A stretch of 64,000 nucleotides of DNA from Magallana gigas (lineage: Eukaryota): the NCBI RefSeq assembly GCF_963853765.1, contig NC_088855.1:29760001-29824000 (forward strand), in the 5' to 3' direction. The notes below the pieces were generated by a model. That model had not been told where the DNA came from and ran no database searches. It was given only the letters and a program-made list of their open reading frames with translations. Below, piece by piece: positions 36,690 to 48,677 of this stretch (the first letter of the stretch is position 1; each line of letters opens with the position of its first letter). Both the position numbers and the translations under genes were made by a program.

Positions 36690-39460
36690 TTGTTATATGA
36701 GAACATTCCAGGGGGATCCCCCTTTATATCAGCCTAGAGCGGGGTAACAAAATTCAGTATCCCGCGGACCGACTCCCATTTCTGGATCCGCTCATGAAAG
36801 AAATCGATCGGTACGGTATGTTCGCGTGAGGACAAAAATAACATTGGAATCCATAGCTTCACATATGCTTTACTGTTTGAATTAATATCAAAAAAAAACA
36901 ATGGCAGATTATTAGCCACCCCCCCCCTAAAATTGTCAAAATTAATTAAAATCATACTCCTTTTGGCAAAAAAAAAAATGAACAACTTGTGAAATTTAGT
37001 TATATATTTTGTGGAAACTCAAAGGATTTCTCTACATATAATCGATTTTAACGGTATTACATAGAATGAAGAAAACCCGTGCAGGGATTCATTGGTGTCG
37101 TAACTGTTACGTTTAACGTTATAAGTTAGGAAACCCAATTATAGTCACGCTCCCCGTCTGTTCAAATGTGACCAATCAAGCAACCACCTTGGATTATTTT
37201 AATCGGTTATACTAGTCTTCCTAATGTACATGTACTATAATACTGGCGCGTTTAATTTATTTTAAAATTTCATTTAGATCATCCCACTGAACTTATTTTT
37301 TTTAAACTAATTAATTTAGAGGCACTCCTCTAATAAAAGGGGTCTCTGCAAGACAGGAGAAGAACTATCACAAAAGTCTGACTCTGATGACTTCATTTTC
37401 ACCGTACAAAATCTCTATAAATTTATAAAAATCGACCAAATTTGCTGCATAAAATATCTTGGGGACATAGTATTACTGGGGATCCAGGGAGCTTCCGGGG
37501 GCTTCTTCCCAAATTTTGGCATCAAGGCGCATGCACATAGCATCATTTTAGAAAGTTGGGGGGGGGGGGGGGCCGGGGGGGGGGGCTCCATCAAAAAAGG
37601 AAAAAGGTTACTTTCCAAAATCCTGAAAATCCTAATCCGTGGGAGGGGGGGGGGGGGGGGGGGGGAAGTAGGAGTTGGTATAACTTTTAACGTCAAATTC
37701 ACTGTTTATTTCTTTATTTTCCATTCAATTTTTCAATGGGTCAAAGAAAAAGGGGGGGGGGGGGGGGGCAACTCCCATCAATTTTCAATTTTTTGTATGT
37801 AAGAAAAATCTTCGCTGCGCAAAAAAGTGTGTGTGTGGGGGGGGGGGGGGGGGGTCAGCCCCCTGATGTTACGTGCCTGAGGCAGCCCCAAGACCACTGC
37901 CTACATTTTGCGCGTGCCCCTCTAGATCCACCCCTAAAATTTGGCCTATTACATGCAACGCAAACGGCTACCGTGATGATAGTTCTTGATCAATGATGAC
38001 GTCACATATGACATCACAAACCCATACACGTATAAGCCTATTCACATTTTGACCGTTGGAAAAGATTGAGTCTGAGGGTAAGTTTACTTCCAGAATATTT
38101 CTTGCTTAATATGGTCTGAATTATATAAAAACCATTTTAAGATGTCCGCGCNNNNNNNNNNNNNNNNNNNNNNNNNNNNNNNNNNNNNNNNNNNNNNNNN
38201 NNNNNNNNNNNNNNNNNNNNNNNNNNNNNNNNNNNNNNNNNNNNNNNNNNNNNNNNNNNNNNNNNNNNNNNNNNNNNNNNNNNNNNNNNNNNNNNNNNNN
38301 NNNNNNNNNNNNNNNNNNNNNNNNNNNNNNNNNNNNNNNNNNNNNNNNNNNACGTATAAGCCTATTCACATTTTGACCGTTGGAAAAGATTGAGTCTGAG
38401 GGTAAGTTTACTTCCAGAATATTTCTTGCTTAATATGGTCTGAATTATATAAAACCATTTTAAGATGTCCGCGCGCTTTCAACATTTTGTAATGATATTG
38501 TAGATTGTTATAGATAGAAAATGAATGGACAGAAATACGGATTTTTTGCTGTTTCACACGTCCGTAGTCTAAAATGACAATATACAATGTACTTTAAATC
38601 GACCGAGGCCTCATAGACCTACAGTCCAACGACTGTCATTGAACGCTATATTGAGTTGTGTCCCTTTGCATTGCTTGGGTGCCCTGGTGGGTTTTTTTTG
38701 TGTTTTTTGTTGTTGTTTTTTTTGTTGTTTTTTTTTTTTTTACAGTTTGAACTGTAACTTATCTTACTTGTTTTTTTTAATGGCAACCCATACCTGAAGA
38801 AATTAAAATACAATATGCGCGGGTCTCTAGAAAAACGGGGAAAGAAGGATCCGTACTATAGGCGTTGGAACCGGGGGGGGGGGGGGGGGGGGGCAAGCCC
38901 CCCACTTTTTTGCAAAGTTAGACCTAACCATTAGGCACATGGGATCAGGGAGGGTCCAGCATCCCACTTTTTCTCGCAGCAAACATAATTGTTCCTAAAT
39001 TTACCTTTTAAAAAAGAAAACTTAAGTCATTGGTATACAAGCCCCCCCCCCCCCCCCCCTTAGGATTTTCATGTTTTGGGAAAAAAATTTGGCAGGTAAG
39101 AATTTTTTTGGAGTCATAGGGATACTTCCATCCCCCACAGCCCCCCCCCCCCCCCAACCACCACCACCACCACCGATTAGGATTTTCATGATATTGGTGG
39201 GAATTAGGTTTTTAAATTTTTTTTTTTTTTTTTTTTGCTTGTCAAGATTTTTTATGATCAGTCTAGCCCCCCCCCCCCGGTCCCCCATTTTCAATTTGCT
39301 TCCGACGCCACTGCGGATCGGACCCCCCCCCCCCTTAGAAAATTCAAGTTTCTTAGATTTACAGGGTAAAATTGCCGAAAATATGCCCCCTCTCCGGCAA
39401 TTTTAAATATCCCTCAGACCCCCACCCCCTTGGTAAAATTTTCTAGATCCGCACGTGCAA
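36690..39460. repeat. Cluster of short repeats rich in G/C homopolymer runs
   Basis: More than ten G or C runs of 9-20+ nt, with recurring GGATCCGC-like and AATTTT motifs. No spliceable coding signal. Confidence 0.6.
38152..38351. other. Assembly gap (200 N) with duplicated flanks
   Basis: 38028-38151 is repeated at 38352 to ~38473, differing only in homopolymer length. Confidence 0.98.
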
Positions 39461-39768
39461 TTATGAATTTCCTATATAAATGCTTATACCATTTCATTAA
39501 AATTAAATACTTTTGTACCAGTTATTATTTAATAAGATAATTTATTACAAAAGATCAAAACACTTGAGTTAAATACGTTTCTTTCTAGTAAGTTTTTAAT
39601 ATGTGTAGGCCTATAATAGATAATTTCCCATTGATGATTCTATACACGTTGTAAACATGTATGTGTCAAGGGGACTAACTCGCAGAAAAGAAGTCTAATT
39701 TTGTTGTTTTACTAAAACATAGACATTATACGTTGAATTTGATTTCTTCTTCTTTTGTTTTAGGTTCC

Positions 39769-41162
39769 ATGATGCTATCCCGGCAACTTTTACTCATCTG
39801 TGTCCTTTCTACAGTGGTACTGCATAACTGTAAGTGTCTGTATATATTAAAGTATTTATCTATTGGAATAAAATCCATAGCTACATATTTTTTTCATTAA
39901 ATCCACCGTCTATTACAACACATCTATCTAAAGTAGTCCATGTTTTCCAAAATTCTACAACTGCACTCACCTTATCTGTAATTAGTATAAGACTTTAAAA
40001 CAGGTTTAAAAATTAAGATTTTCTAACTGTATGTTTTACATACAGTTGCTGTACAAGGTTCAAGTACTACTGAAACTCCAACCGAGGCAACTTCAGCGTC
40101 ATCTGATAGCTCAACCGCTGCAGCCGCTGCTTCTTCAACTGCATCATCTGATAGTACAACGGCTGGTGGTGCAGCTACCACAATTGGTGGTGCCGCTACT
40201 ACAGCTGGTGGTGCCGCTACCACAACTGGTGGTGCCGCTACCACAACTGGTGGTGCCGCTACCACAACTGGTGGTGCCGCTACCACAACTGGTGGTGCCG
40301 CTACCACAACTGGCGGTGCCGCTACCACAACTGGTGGTGGGTGTCGCTACTACAGCTGGTGGTGCCACTTCTACAGCTGGTGTTGCTGCTACTACAGCTG
40401 GTGTTGCTGCTTCAACTGGAAATTCAACCGGATCATCTCAACAACAAGGTAGACTATAAAACTGCACGGAGAAGGCTTATTATATAGGCAATATTCCTAC
40501 TGCCTAATCCAATTATGCGTTCATGCATAATTGAACCATTTTAACAAGACCTTGGATTTTCGGTGCGATGTAATTGCAATGTATCTGGTTTTGAGTGAAA
40601 TATACATAGATTGCGTAGTCTCAGCTCAGAAGCCAGACAAGTCTTGTTGATTTTAAAGAACCATGCTGAGTGGCCAGCAATGAAAAAGACAGAACTAGCC
40701 GAAGTCCAAGCTCAAGTTAAAATGGTTCTAAAATAACCCAGGGATTTATCAGCCTCTTTTGGGAAATGACGTTTTGGGGAATTAGGAAGATTTTAACGAC
40801 AATTTGATGAAATTGGGAAAAGAGCTTCTATGTTGAATACACTATGATTTTAGGGAAGTCCACATATACATCCAAAGAGCTAGACTTTTAAGCATGATCC
40901 AATTTCTATATTAAAGATTCCTATTTTTGGTCATTAAAACAAGTCTTTTTCTGAAATAATATAATCAAAATAATAAATATGAATAATATAATTGTAAATA
41001 ATTGTATGTTATTAGATGAAAAAAAAAAAAAAAAAAAGTCACAAAATAGTGATTGAGTGTGTGTTTTTGGTCTTTCAGACAGCAGTGTGTTGTATATACT
41101 ACATCAATGGAGCCCTGCTTATCGCCTCTCTCGTTATGGCCAGATTTTGGATGAGCAACTGA
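39769..41162 (+). CDS. Small secreted mucin-like Ser/Thr/Ala/Gly-rich protein with GGAATTT heptad repeats and a GPI-signal-like tail; 4-nt frameshift in this assembly
   Basis: Exon 39769-39829 (MMLSRQLLLICVLSTVVLHN), exon 40046-40448 (FAVQG-SSTTETPTEATS...(GGAATTT)n...STGSSQQQG) and exon 41083-41162 (AVCCIYYINGALLIASLVMARFWMSN*). Canonical splice sites. An extra GGGT at 40339-40342 breaks the frame. Confidence 0.7.
40165..40338 (+). repeat. 21-bp coding tandem repeat (GGTGGTGCCGCTACCACAACT), 8 full units plus degenerate units
   Basis: Units start at 40165, 40186, 40207, 40228, 40249, 40270, 40291, 40312 and 40333. Confidence 0.95.
40533..40728. mobile_element. MITE family B copy (shorter, reverse orientation)
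   Basis: GAACCATTTTAACAAGACCTTGG...CCAAGCTCAAGTTAAAATGGTTC|TA; its internal part matches the reverse complement of 28620-28700. Confidence 0.75.
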
Positions 41163-42279
41163 TGCAGTTTTCCTATCTATCTAGCTGTTATAACTATGCA
41201 ATGAAACCAATGAAAATGACCGCTACAATGTAGTGCGATGACTCTTACAAATTGTTTTTACCGTCAAATTTTGTTGCCATAGCATCAACTGTTTTTATTT
41301 TTTACACATTTCGCCTAGATAACGGCCGTCAGGTGAGCAGAAAAAAAAAAAAAAAAAAAAAACTTGCTCATCTGACTAACTTTTGTAAAGCGATGTGGGA
41401 GAAAAATGTTGATTGCTTTGTTACAATGTATTCTGAATAAATTTAATATTCTTTTTATTTTAAGTCTGTTGCAAATTACAAATTGTGGATGTTGCAACAA
41501 CAACAAAAAACGAGCAAAAAAAAAAAAAAGCAAAATAAGCATGTTCTACAACCGGTTTGATTAGGCACATGTAATTATGTAGCAACGGGGTAGTGGGGGA
41601 GGTGGTCCCCTTTCGAAGGGGGAGGGGGTAGACATTTTTTAAATATACCGGTAGATGTGAAAATATGAACTAGTAAATCCCCCCCCCAAGCCTTCCCCAG
41701 ATCTTATTTTCTAAAATATTTGCGTTTTGTGTATGAAACTATGTACATCAAACCCTTCACTGGAATGTTCTTGTCGATATGTCATTTTAACCCCAGGTTC
41801 ATCTTTTGAAACGTTTTGACCTTTTACCCCTTCTCATCAGCTGTTTAGAATGTAATATTAGTAGTTTACCTTTCAATTTCTTTGTATCTATTCTTGAAAT
41901 CCTCATCCACTTCATTACTTGCAGTAATTCAGTTTTAGAATATTTCATATATCTGCCAAGAGAAAGCAACCGAGAGCACAAATATTATACATGCACATAA
42001 AAGTGTCGTATCAATATGTGACGAAATGTGTAAGATTTTTAAAACCAAATCACGTTTCATTAGGAAATGAACGAGATAAATTATTCTCTTGTAAAATACC
42101 CGTTACTGAGATTGTAGTGAATTTCAAAGACCACGGATGAAAGCTTTTCTTAATCTGTTGGCGTCTAACAACCTAGGTTGCCACCTCTCTTGCTCAGAAC
42201 TGTTTTTTAAACGGCACACTTAGAGAACTAGAACATGGAATGTTAAAACTTTTTCAGTCTCACTTTTACAAAAGAATAT

Positions 42280-42830
42280 ATGGTGGAAAAGTGAGACTGA
42301 GATCAAATGTGAGATCGTCTAACTTTTATGGCCCGGGATCAAAAGTGATCTCGTCTAAATTTTATGGCCCCAGGGCCATTTGATCTCAGCCTCTTTTTTA
42401 CAAAAGAATATATACATGTTTAGTATAGTGGAAAAGTGAGACTGAGATCAAAAGTGAGCTCGACAATGGGGAAGAGTTAAGCACCCTTTCCTACGTTTCT
42501 GGAAAGTGTAGTTAAGACTTTAATTGTGAAATGGTTCTAGAATAGGTTATGGTAGTTGGTTTTGCCGTAGGGCCATAAAAGTTAGAAGAGCTCACTTTTG
42601 ATCTTAGTCTCACTTTTCGACGATAAATTAATTTTCTTATGTAAAAGTGAGACTTTGATTAAAAATGAGCTGGCCCCAGTGCCATAAAAGTTAGAAGAGC
42701 TCACTTTTGATCTCAGTCTCACTTTTCCACTATATGTTCCTTTGGTAAAAGTGAGACTGAGATCAAAAGTGAGCTTGTCTAACTTTTATGGCCCCGGGGC
42801 GTCTAATAAGTTTTATGGCGCCGGGGTCAG
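42280..42830. repeat. Array of ~55-bp units in direct and inverted orientation
   Basis: GTGGAAAAGTGAGACTGAGATCAAAAGTGAGCTCGTCTAACTTTTATGGCCCC is forward at ~42282, 42428 and 42746, and reverse at ~42572 and 42681. Confidence 0.8.
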
Positions 42831-44788
42831 ATTATCATCAAAATTTCGTTCAACATATTATGAAATATTTCAAAACTGTAAATATCATTTTGGTAATTAT
42901 ATTAATCTTAACATCATATAGTTACGTGTTCCATTTTTACTTGCAAAGCAACGCGTCTATTCTAGCTTGAAGTATATTAAAAAATTGATATTCAAATGAA
43001 AAGAAGACATCAAAGTAATTAGGGCTTTATTAATCCATATCATATGAGATTATCAAACAATACTCAACAACGTTACTGACAGCAAGATCCCCTTTACACC
43101 ACTTATCAGCACGTTCTACTGAAGGAAGACAAAAGGTACTTGGGTTATTTATTGTATTGATCATTTATGTGTGTTGAGCTTAAAAGATAACAATTTCCCT
43201 TTCAACCTTCAGAAATATAAGCTATCATATTCAACTAATTTTTCGGGGCGACCTCCGGACAAGATTTATGTGTGGGTGCTCTGGAATACGATTATTTAGA
43301 TTATAGAAATTGATTTTTTGATCGAGTTTCGGGTAGACCTTCGATAGTCTTTGCATTCCAGATTTCAACGTTAACAGATTTTGATAAGATTAAAAACATC
43401 AAAGAGGAAATATTGGTTTTAATCGATGCAGTTTAACTTAATTAATATTGCTAGATGCGCACAGTTGTACAAGTTCTGAATTTTTCTTCAAAAGTAACGA
43501 TATAATCAAAAACATTTCACTTTGTTTTGAACAACTACAAATGTATATGATGAGTCATTGTAGATTTTTACAAAATGCAATGGTTTCTTTGGTTATTCAT
43601 GCGGGTATTAATCTTCAAATACAAAGTATTATAGAAACAAAAATTACACAGAGAGAAAGTTAGTCTACCCACAGTTCCAGTTCGATCTTTTGCCGAACTA
43701 TGAAAGTCATTTGCGCATGCGTAATCTTGAAGAGGTATTAAGATCAAGAAAATAATATATTCAGATTTATGAAATAATAGTACTTGTACTTATTCTCATC
43801 GTTAAAAGGCTTAATATATAAAAATAAAATACGTATATGTCTGAAATAAATTTCGTTAAAAATCATTAATGATCTGCAAATTAGTGGCCTGTTCAAACAT
43901 AACCTTAATTAAGCAATGGATAGGAATATCTGTTTGGTACAAAAAGAACATGATATTTCAAAATTGTTTTCTTATTTCAACGCAGTTTACCAAAGATTGA
44001 TATTACATTTGTAGCATTCAGCTTTAAAAAAAATATGAAATTTTTCTCTTTCACACATCAATCGAATGGTAAATTTTAATCAGGCTCTTCGGTACATTGA
44101 GTGAGAGAAATCGAAAGACTGTGTCAATATTTCTATGTAGCCTGACACCAGACAGTAAAAGCTCGCCTATAAAATAGAGTAGCAATATTGCTTAAGAGAT
44201 GCAGCCAATTAAGAAACTTATCAATACACGGGGTTAATCGATTTGAAATTGTTTATTTTACTTTCGGGAATATAGAGCCAGAAAGAGAACATCGATTGAA
44301 CTAAAGAAGGGGAAACGTCAATCCACAAAGGCTGGCAATTACCTCAGGTATACTCCAGAATTCACAATTATGTCTTTAACATACAGCAGTACAATAGAAC
44401 AATACTAAACTTGAATTTAAAATCTTCTCAAAATTTGAAGCAATTTAAAAAAAAATGGATTTTCCTCTCAATCAAAATATTTTTTTAACGAACTTTTTAC
44501 CAGAGTTGCATCTCCATGTCAACATGAACTCGGGGCAAATTAAGAATTGATAAAGATTTTGAAAATAATGGTTTTATGATTCATTTTCAAAGCACAATTT
44601 ATGCTGTTTTAATAAATATTTCTTTACGGTTAGATTATATTAAAATCTTATCATTTTCCTTTAAAAAAAAACAAACAAAATTTTGAACGTAATAATTATA
44701 ACTATATACATGTACATCCTATATATAAGACAAAAATTAATTTTAATAAATATTATTAAACTGGTATTTCATCAACTATGTTAAGTTA

Positions 44789-45002
44789 TACTATGGTTTC
44801 ACCAATTTTCGTTGAATACCAATTTTCATGGATTTCGTTTTTAAGTTGATCCATGAAATTAAATGTTCATTGAAATGCAATTTCTATTAATAGCATTTTG
44901 TATTGATGGGGACATTGGCCACGAATTTACATTTCCTTGAAACTGTGATTTTCACTTTATCCACGAAAATTGATACCCTTGAATATTAATGAAACCACAG
45001 TA
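44789..45002. mobile_element. MITE family A copy
   Basis: TACTATGGTTTCA...ATGAAACCACAGTA; collinear with 58971-59181. Confidence 0.85.
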
Positions 45003-45200
45003 GATATAAACAGCTGCAAATGTTATATCATCCAAGTTTCAAAATAACACACTAAATTCCCTTTTTGTTACCTCCTTTAATCTTCGAGAATATTTCATTC
45101 AGACATTACCGTTGGGAAAACTATGATATTATTTGACAAATAAATAGATATTGTCTCGAAAATAATTAATCAAAATTAAGTCTTGGAAATTCTAAACAGC

Positions 45201-45912
45201 TATGGTGTTCCGATGGGGCCTCTTCGACCTTCGCACTTTCGCCTTTAGGTTGAAGTGCGAGAGTGCGACGGCGAAGGAGCGAAAGTGCGAAGATGCGAAG
45301 GCGAAAGTGAGAAGTTGCGAAGGCGAAGAAGCGATACTACTATCGCTCCTTCGCCATCGCAACTTCGCACTCTCGCCTTCGCACCTTCGCGCTTTCGCCT
45401 TCGCCTTTTCATGAGATCTCTATCGTTTAAAGACAATTTTAGCTGTATAAAAGGGCATCTGAGGCAGGCGATGAACTTTTTAGAATTTATTTTCAACAAC
45501 CTGCGCAGATCCATAACTTTTTCGGGAAGGGGGGGGGGGGTGGGGGGGGGGGGGGTCGATGGATAATTATATTTGCGTACCAATAATATCATGAATTAAT
45601 CGGAAAACCTTGGCGAGTACGGTGCCTGCATCAAATTCTATGTAATCGACCGAGACTTTCTCAATGCTATCAAAAAAGTCGAAGGCGAAAGTGCGAAGTT
45701 GCGAAGGCGATAGTGCGAAGTTGCGAAGGCGAAAGAGCGATAGTAGTATCGCTCCTCCGCCTTCGCACCTTCGCGCTTTGCCGTTGCATCTTCGCACTTT
45801 CGCTCCTTCGCCGTCGCACTCTCGCACTTTGGCATTCGCAACTTCGCACTCTCGCATCTTCGACCTAAAGGCGAAAGTGCGAAGGTCGAAGTGGCCCCAT
45901 CGGAACACCATA
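45201..45912. mobile_element. Foldback non-autonomous DNA element with long TIRs and 6-bp direct flanks
   Basis: Terminal 50 bp match 49/50 as inverted repeats; flanked by AACAGC on both sides; each arm is itself palindromic. Confidence 0.85.
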
Positions 45913-46299
45913 AACAGCAGTTATTTTCCAAACCGTAACCATTAAAGACATTATATCTAAGGAAACTTCTATTTTGATACAGTTTCGATTAAAAAAATTT
46001 CTTGACTAGTCAAGTTGACAAAATTCTGTAACAAGTCTTTAAATTTGGAACAAACCCCTCATTGGGAGATACATGTATATCTGAGCCACAGTGGTTACAG
46101 TATTACATATGTACTAAACTTAAACGTTTTGCGACAAGCTTGTTTCTATATTCGTGACTTTCATGTATACTTTAACAGTTTCTTCTATATTTATGTCTAT
46201 GACGAGCTTAAAACCCCGCGAAAGCTCTTCATTTATTATCCCCTAATATAGAGAGGATATGTGTTTTGTTTTTCTTTGAGTAAAATAAGAAGGCCTTGA

Positions 46300-46600
46300 G
46301 ACAAGTATGCTTTTTTGGCAAGTTTAATGGAAATTGGTTTAGAAATATAAAAGTTAAAATAGAGTCCCTCTGTTACAACGCACTTGTAACTACAAATTAC
46401 ATGCACGGAAATATTTTTCAAAATGCGTTGATTTGGTCCCAAAATTAACGCACTTTGAATTTTTTAAGTGTAATTTTTTGTAGTTTTTTCATGTAATTTT
46501 TTTTCAAAGTGCGTTGCCACGTGGCGCAGACGACAACGACAGACACCGGGAAAATTCTGATTGGAAAAACTCACTTGAACCTGTAGTTCAGGTGAGCTAT
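46300..46600 (+). mobile_element. Helentron-associated element fragment (3' end hairpin; left extent approximate)
   Basis: CAGACGACAACGACAGAC microsatellite remnant followed by the hairpin CTCACTTGAACCTGTAGTTCAGGTGAGCT. Confidence 0.6.
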
Positions 46601-48677
46601 AAAAGGTATAAAAACCAAATCCAGAAATGAGTCCTTTATTAAGGTTACAAAGAACACGAGGGTATTTTGAATTAACGCCAGTCCTTTCAAAGATTGCTTA
46701 ATTTTACTGTAAATGTCATTCCAGTTCATGTAATTGGCGAACTATTGATGGAAGATATTGTTTGCAAAAGTCTCTGAAATCGATTCGAACATTTCGCTAT
46801 TCAGGTATATCCAATAAGTTTATCCCAGCGAAATTCCAAACAACCTGCATTGAAAATATTGATCAAATACTGCCGATCTGTTAGTTCTGTTTAGTCCGGC
46901 GAAGGAAGAAAGTCCCCTTGTAATGCTAGGATGTAGGATGGTTAATTTCCAAGGGGATCATGGTTTTTCTGGATGGAATTTTTACCCTTCTGATGGTGGT
47001 ACAAGTTTTAGGTATATATTATATTTACTAACTCATTTTGATTCTTTTCATTTTCAGTCTAAAAATATACAAATATTTTGGTTATACATTTCTCTTCTTT
47101 TCTTTAGATCCGCTCTTTCATAAATTATATTTTTTTTCCTAATTAATGTCAATTAAGGTTTGTTTTTTAATGAATTGGGTGTTGCACCTCTTTTTTTTTT
47201 TGGTAAATATATATTTAATTTTTTTAAAGTTACTATCCGCATTCTTTAAATTTTGGTCTTTCGTTAAAAAGTTTAGATACTTCTATCACATAATAAGCTA
47301 TGGTATATATAAAAGACACCCATAAACTAATGAAAAAATGCTACATATTAAACATTGAATTAAGTCTAATTTCTTAGGAGAAGATGGAATGATATGTATA
47401 TCATGGTTGCGTTCGTTTCATAGACGAGAAATTTTTTTATTAATGAATTTTATTTGATATTTCTACATTGTCGACCATTTCTTTACAAAATTATTTTCTT
47501 TTTCGCAGGGGGGGGGGGTGTTTATTGAGTGTCATATTTACATAGTAGGTTCACAAGAAGTGTCATTTCTTTTGACAAATTTCTTAACCAGTATATTAGA
47601 TAGGAGAGGAACATCAATGTATCTTTAATCTAATGTACATAAACATAGATATTTTTTCTTTATATAATTATGGTTTTAAGCATGTATGTCGTTTGGAACG
47701 TAAAGTGACTTGAAAAATGTTTGTTACGATATGTGTTGTTATCCGTTATCAGTTAATTGTGCGTTTTCAAAATTATACTGTAGAAGCACATATTTTCGTT
47801 GGGTTAAAATTTCGTTGTTTTTAAAATAAAACCAATTTCGTTGGCAATTCATTCAATCATATCATAATTCCTAAAATGTTTTTGTATCAACTCTATATTT
47901 ATTAATATTTGGGTTAAAAATACGTCATGGGTTTAATTTCGTTGATTTGTACTGCCAAAGAAAATAACGAAATTAAATCGTCAACAAATATTTCTGCATT
48001 TACAGTAATATCAAACAATAAATTCCGTTTTGTTTTTACTTTTTTTAATGACAATGATATAATTTTCTACTCTGTTTTCAAAAGTGAGCAAAATCCTTCT
48101 AAACAAGAGATTCAATTATAGATAGTACGCTTTCTGTAACTAGTATTAGTGTTCTAAGTTTTGTAATGGATATTTAAATGAAGAGGGGGAAAAGGGCAAA
48201 TATCTGGCTGATGAACAATATGGAGCAAAAATACTTAAATATTGTGTACTTTTCAGTAATTGGTTTGACCTAGATTTACTGTCTGAAAATGGTATAAAAA
48301 CAAACAAAATAGCAAAAATTGATTTACGATACATGCGCATTCTAACAACTTTTAATGTAATATTAGTTGTTCTAATTTATGTAATAGCAAATTCATTTCA
48401 TTTTTGTTTAAATCTTAAAAATTTTAGTTAATATATATGTCAATGTAAAAGCAACATTCTTTAAATCTTTCATATTATAATTGCTATTTCATCTTTAAAA
48501 AATACTACTAATTTTATTTTAATTTGTTATAAATTATCGTTTAATTTTCGCTCACTAAGTCAATATTACAATTATGAAATAAAGATATTTCAAATAGAAA
48601 CAAAGGATTTTTGATGTCATAATTTTTAATGTTTTAAAAAAAAATACTTTCTCTCTCTCTCTTCTTTAATTATTCAG

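Noticed and set aside
40023-40368. Minus-strand ORFs (VVAAPP)n and (CGSGTTS)n, and the plus-strand (LPQLVVP)n ORF
   Set aside because: These are alternative frames of the 21-bp repeat. Only the GGAATTT frame links to a signal-peptide exon through valid splice sites.
45202-45945. Six Arg/Glu/Ala-rich ORFs on both strands
   Set aside because: By-products of the GC-rich palindromic foldback element; no splice or homology support.
47300-47710. Candidate first coding exons for the C-type lectin
   Set aside because: The ATG-donor combinations found have the wrong phase or a very weak donor (e.g. GTTGCG), so no choice is supported.
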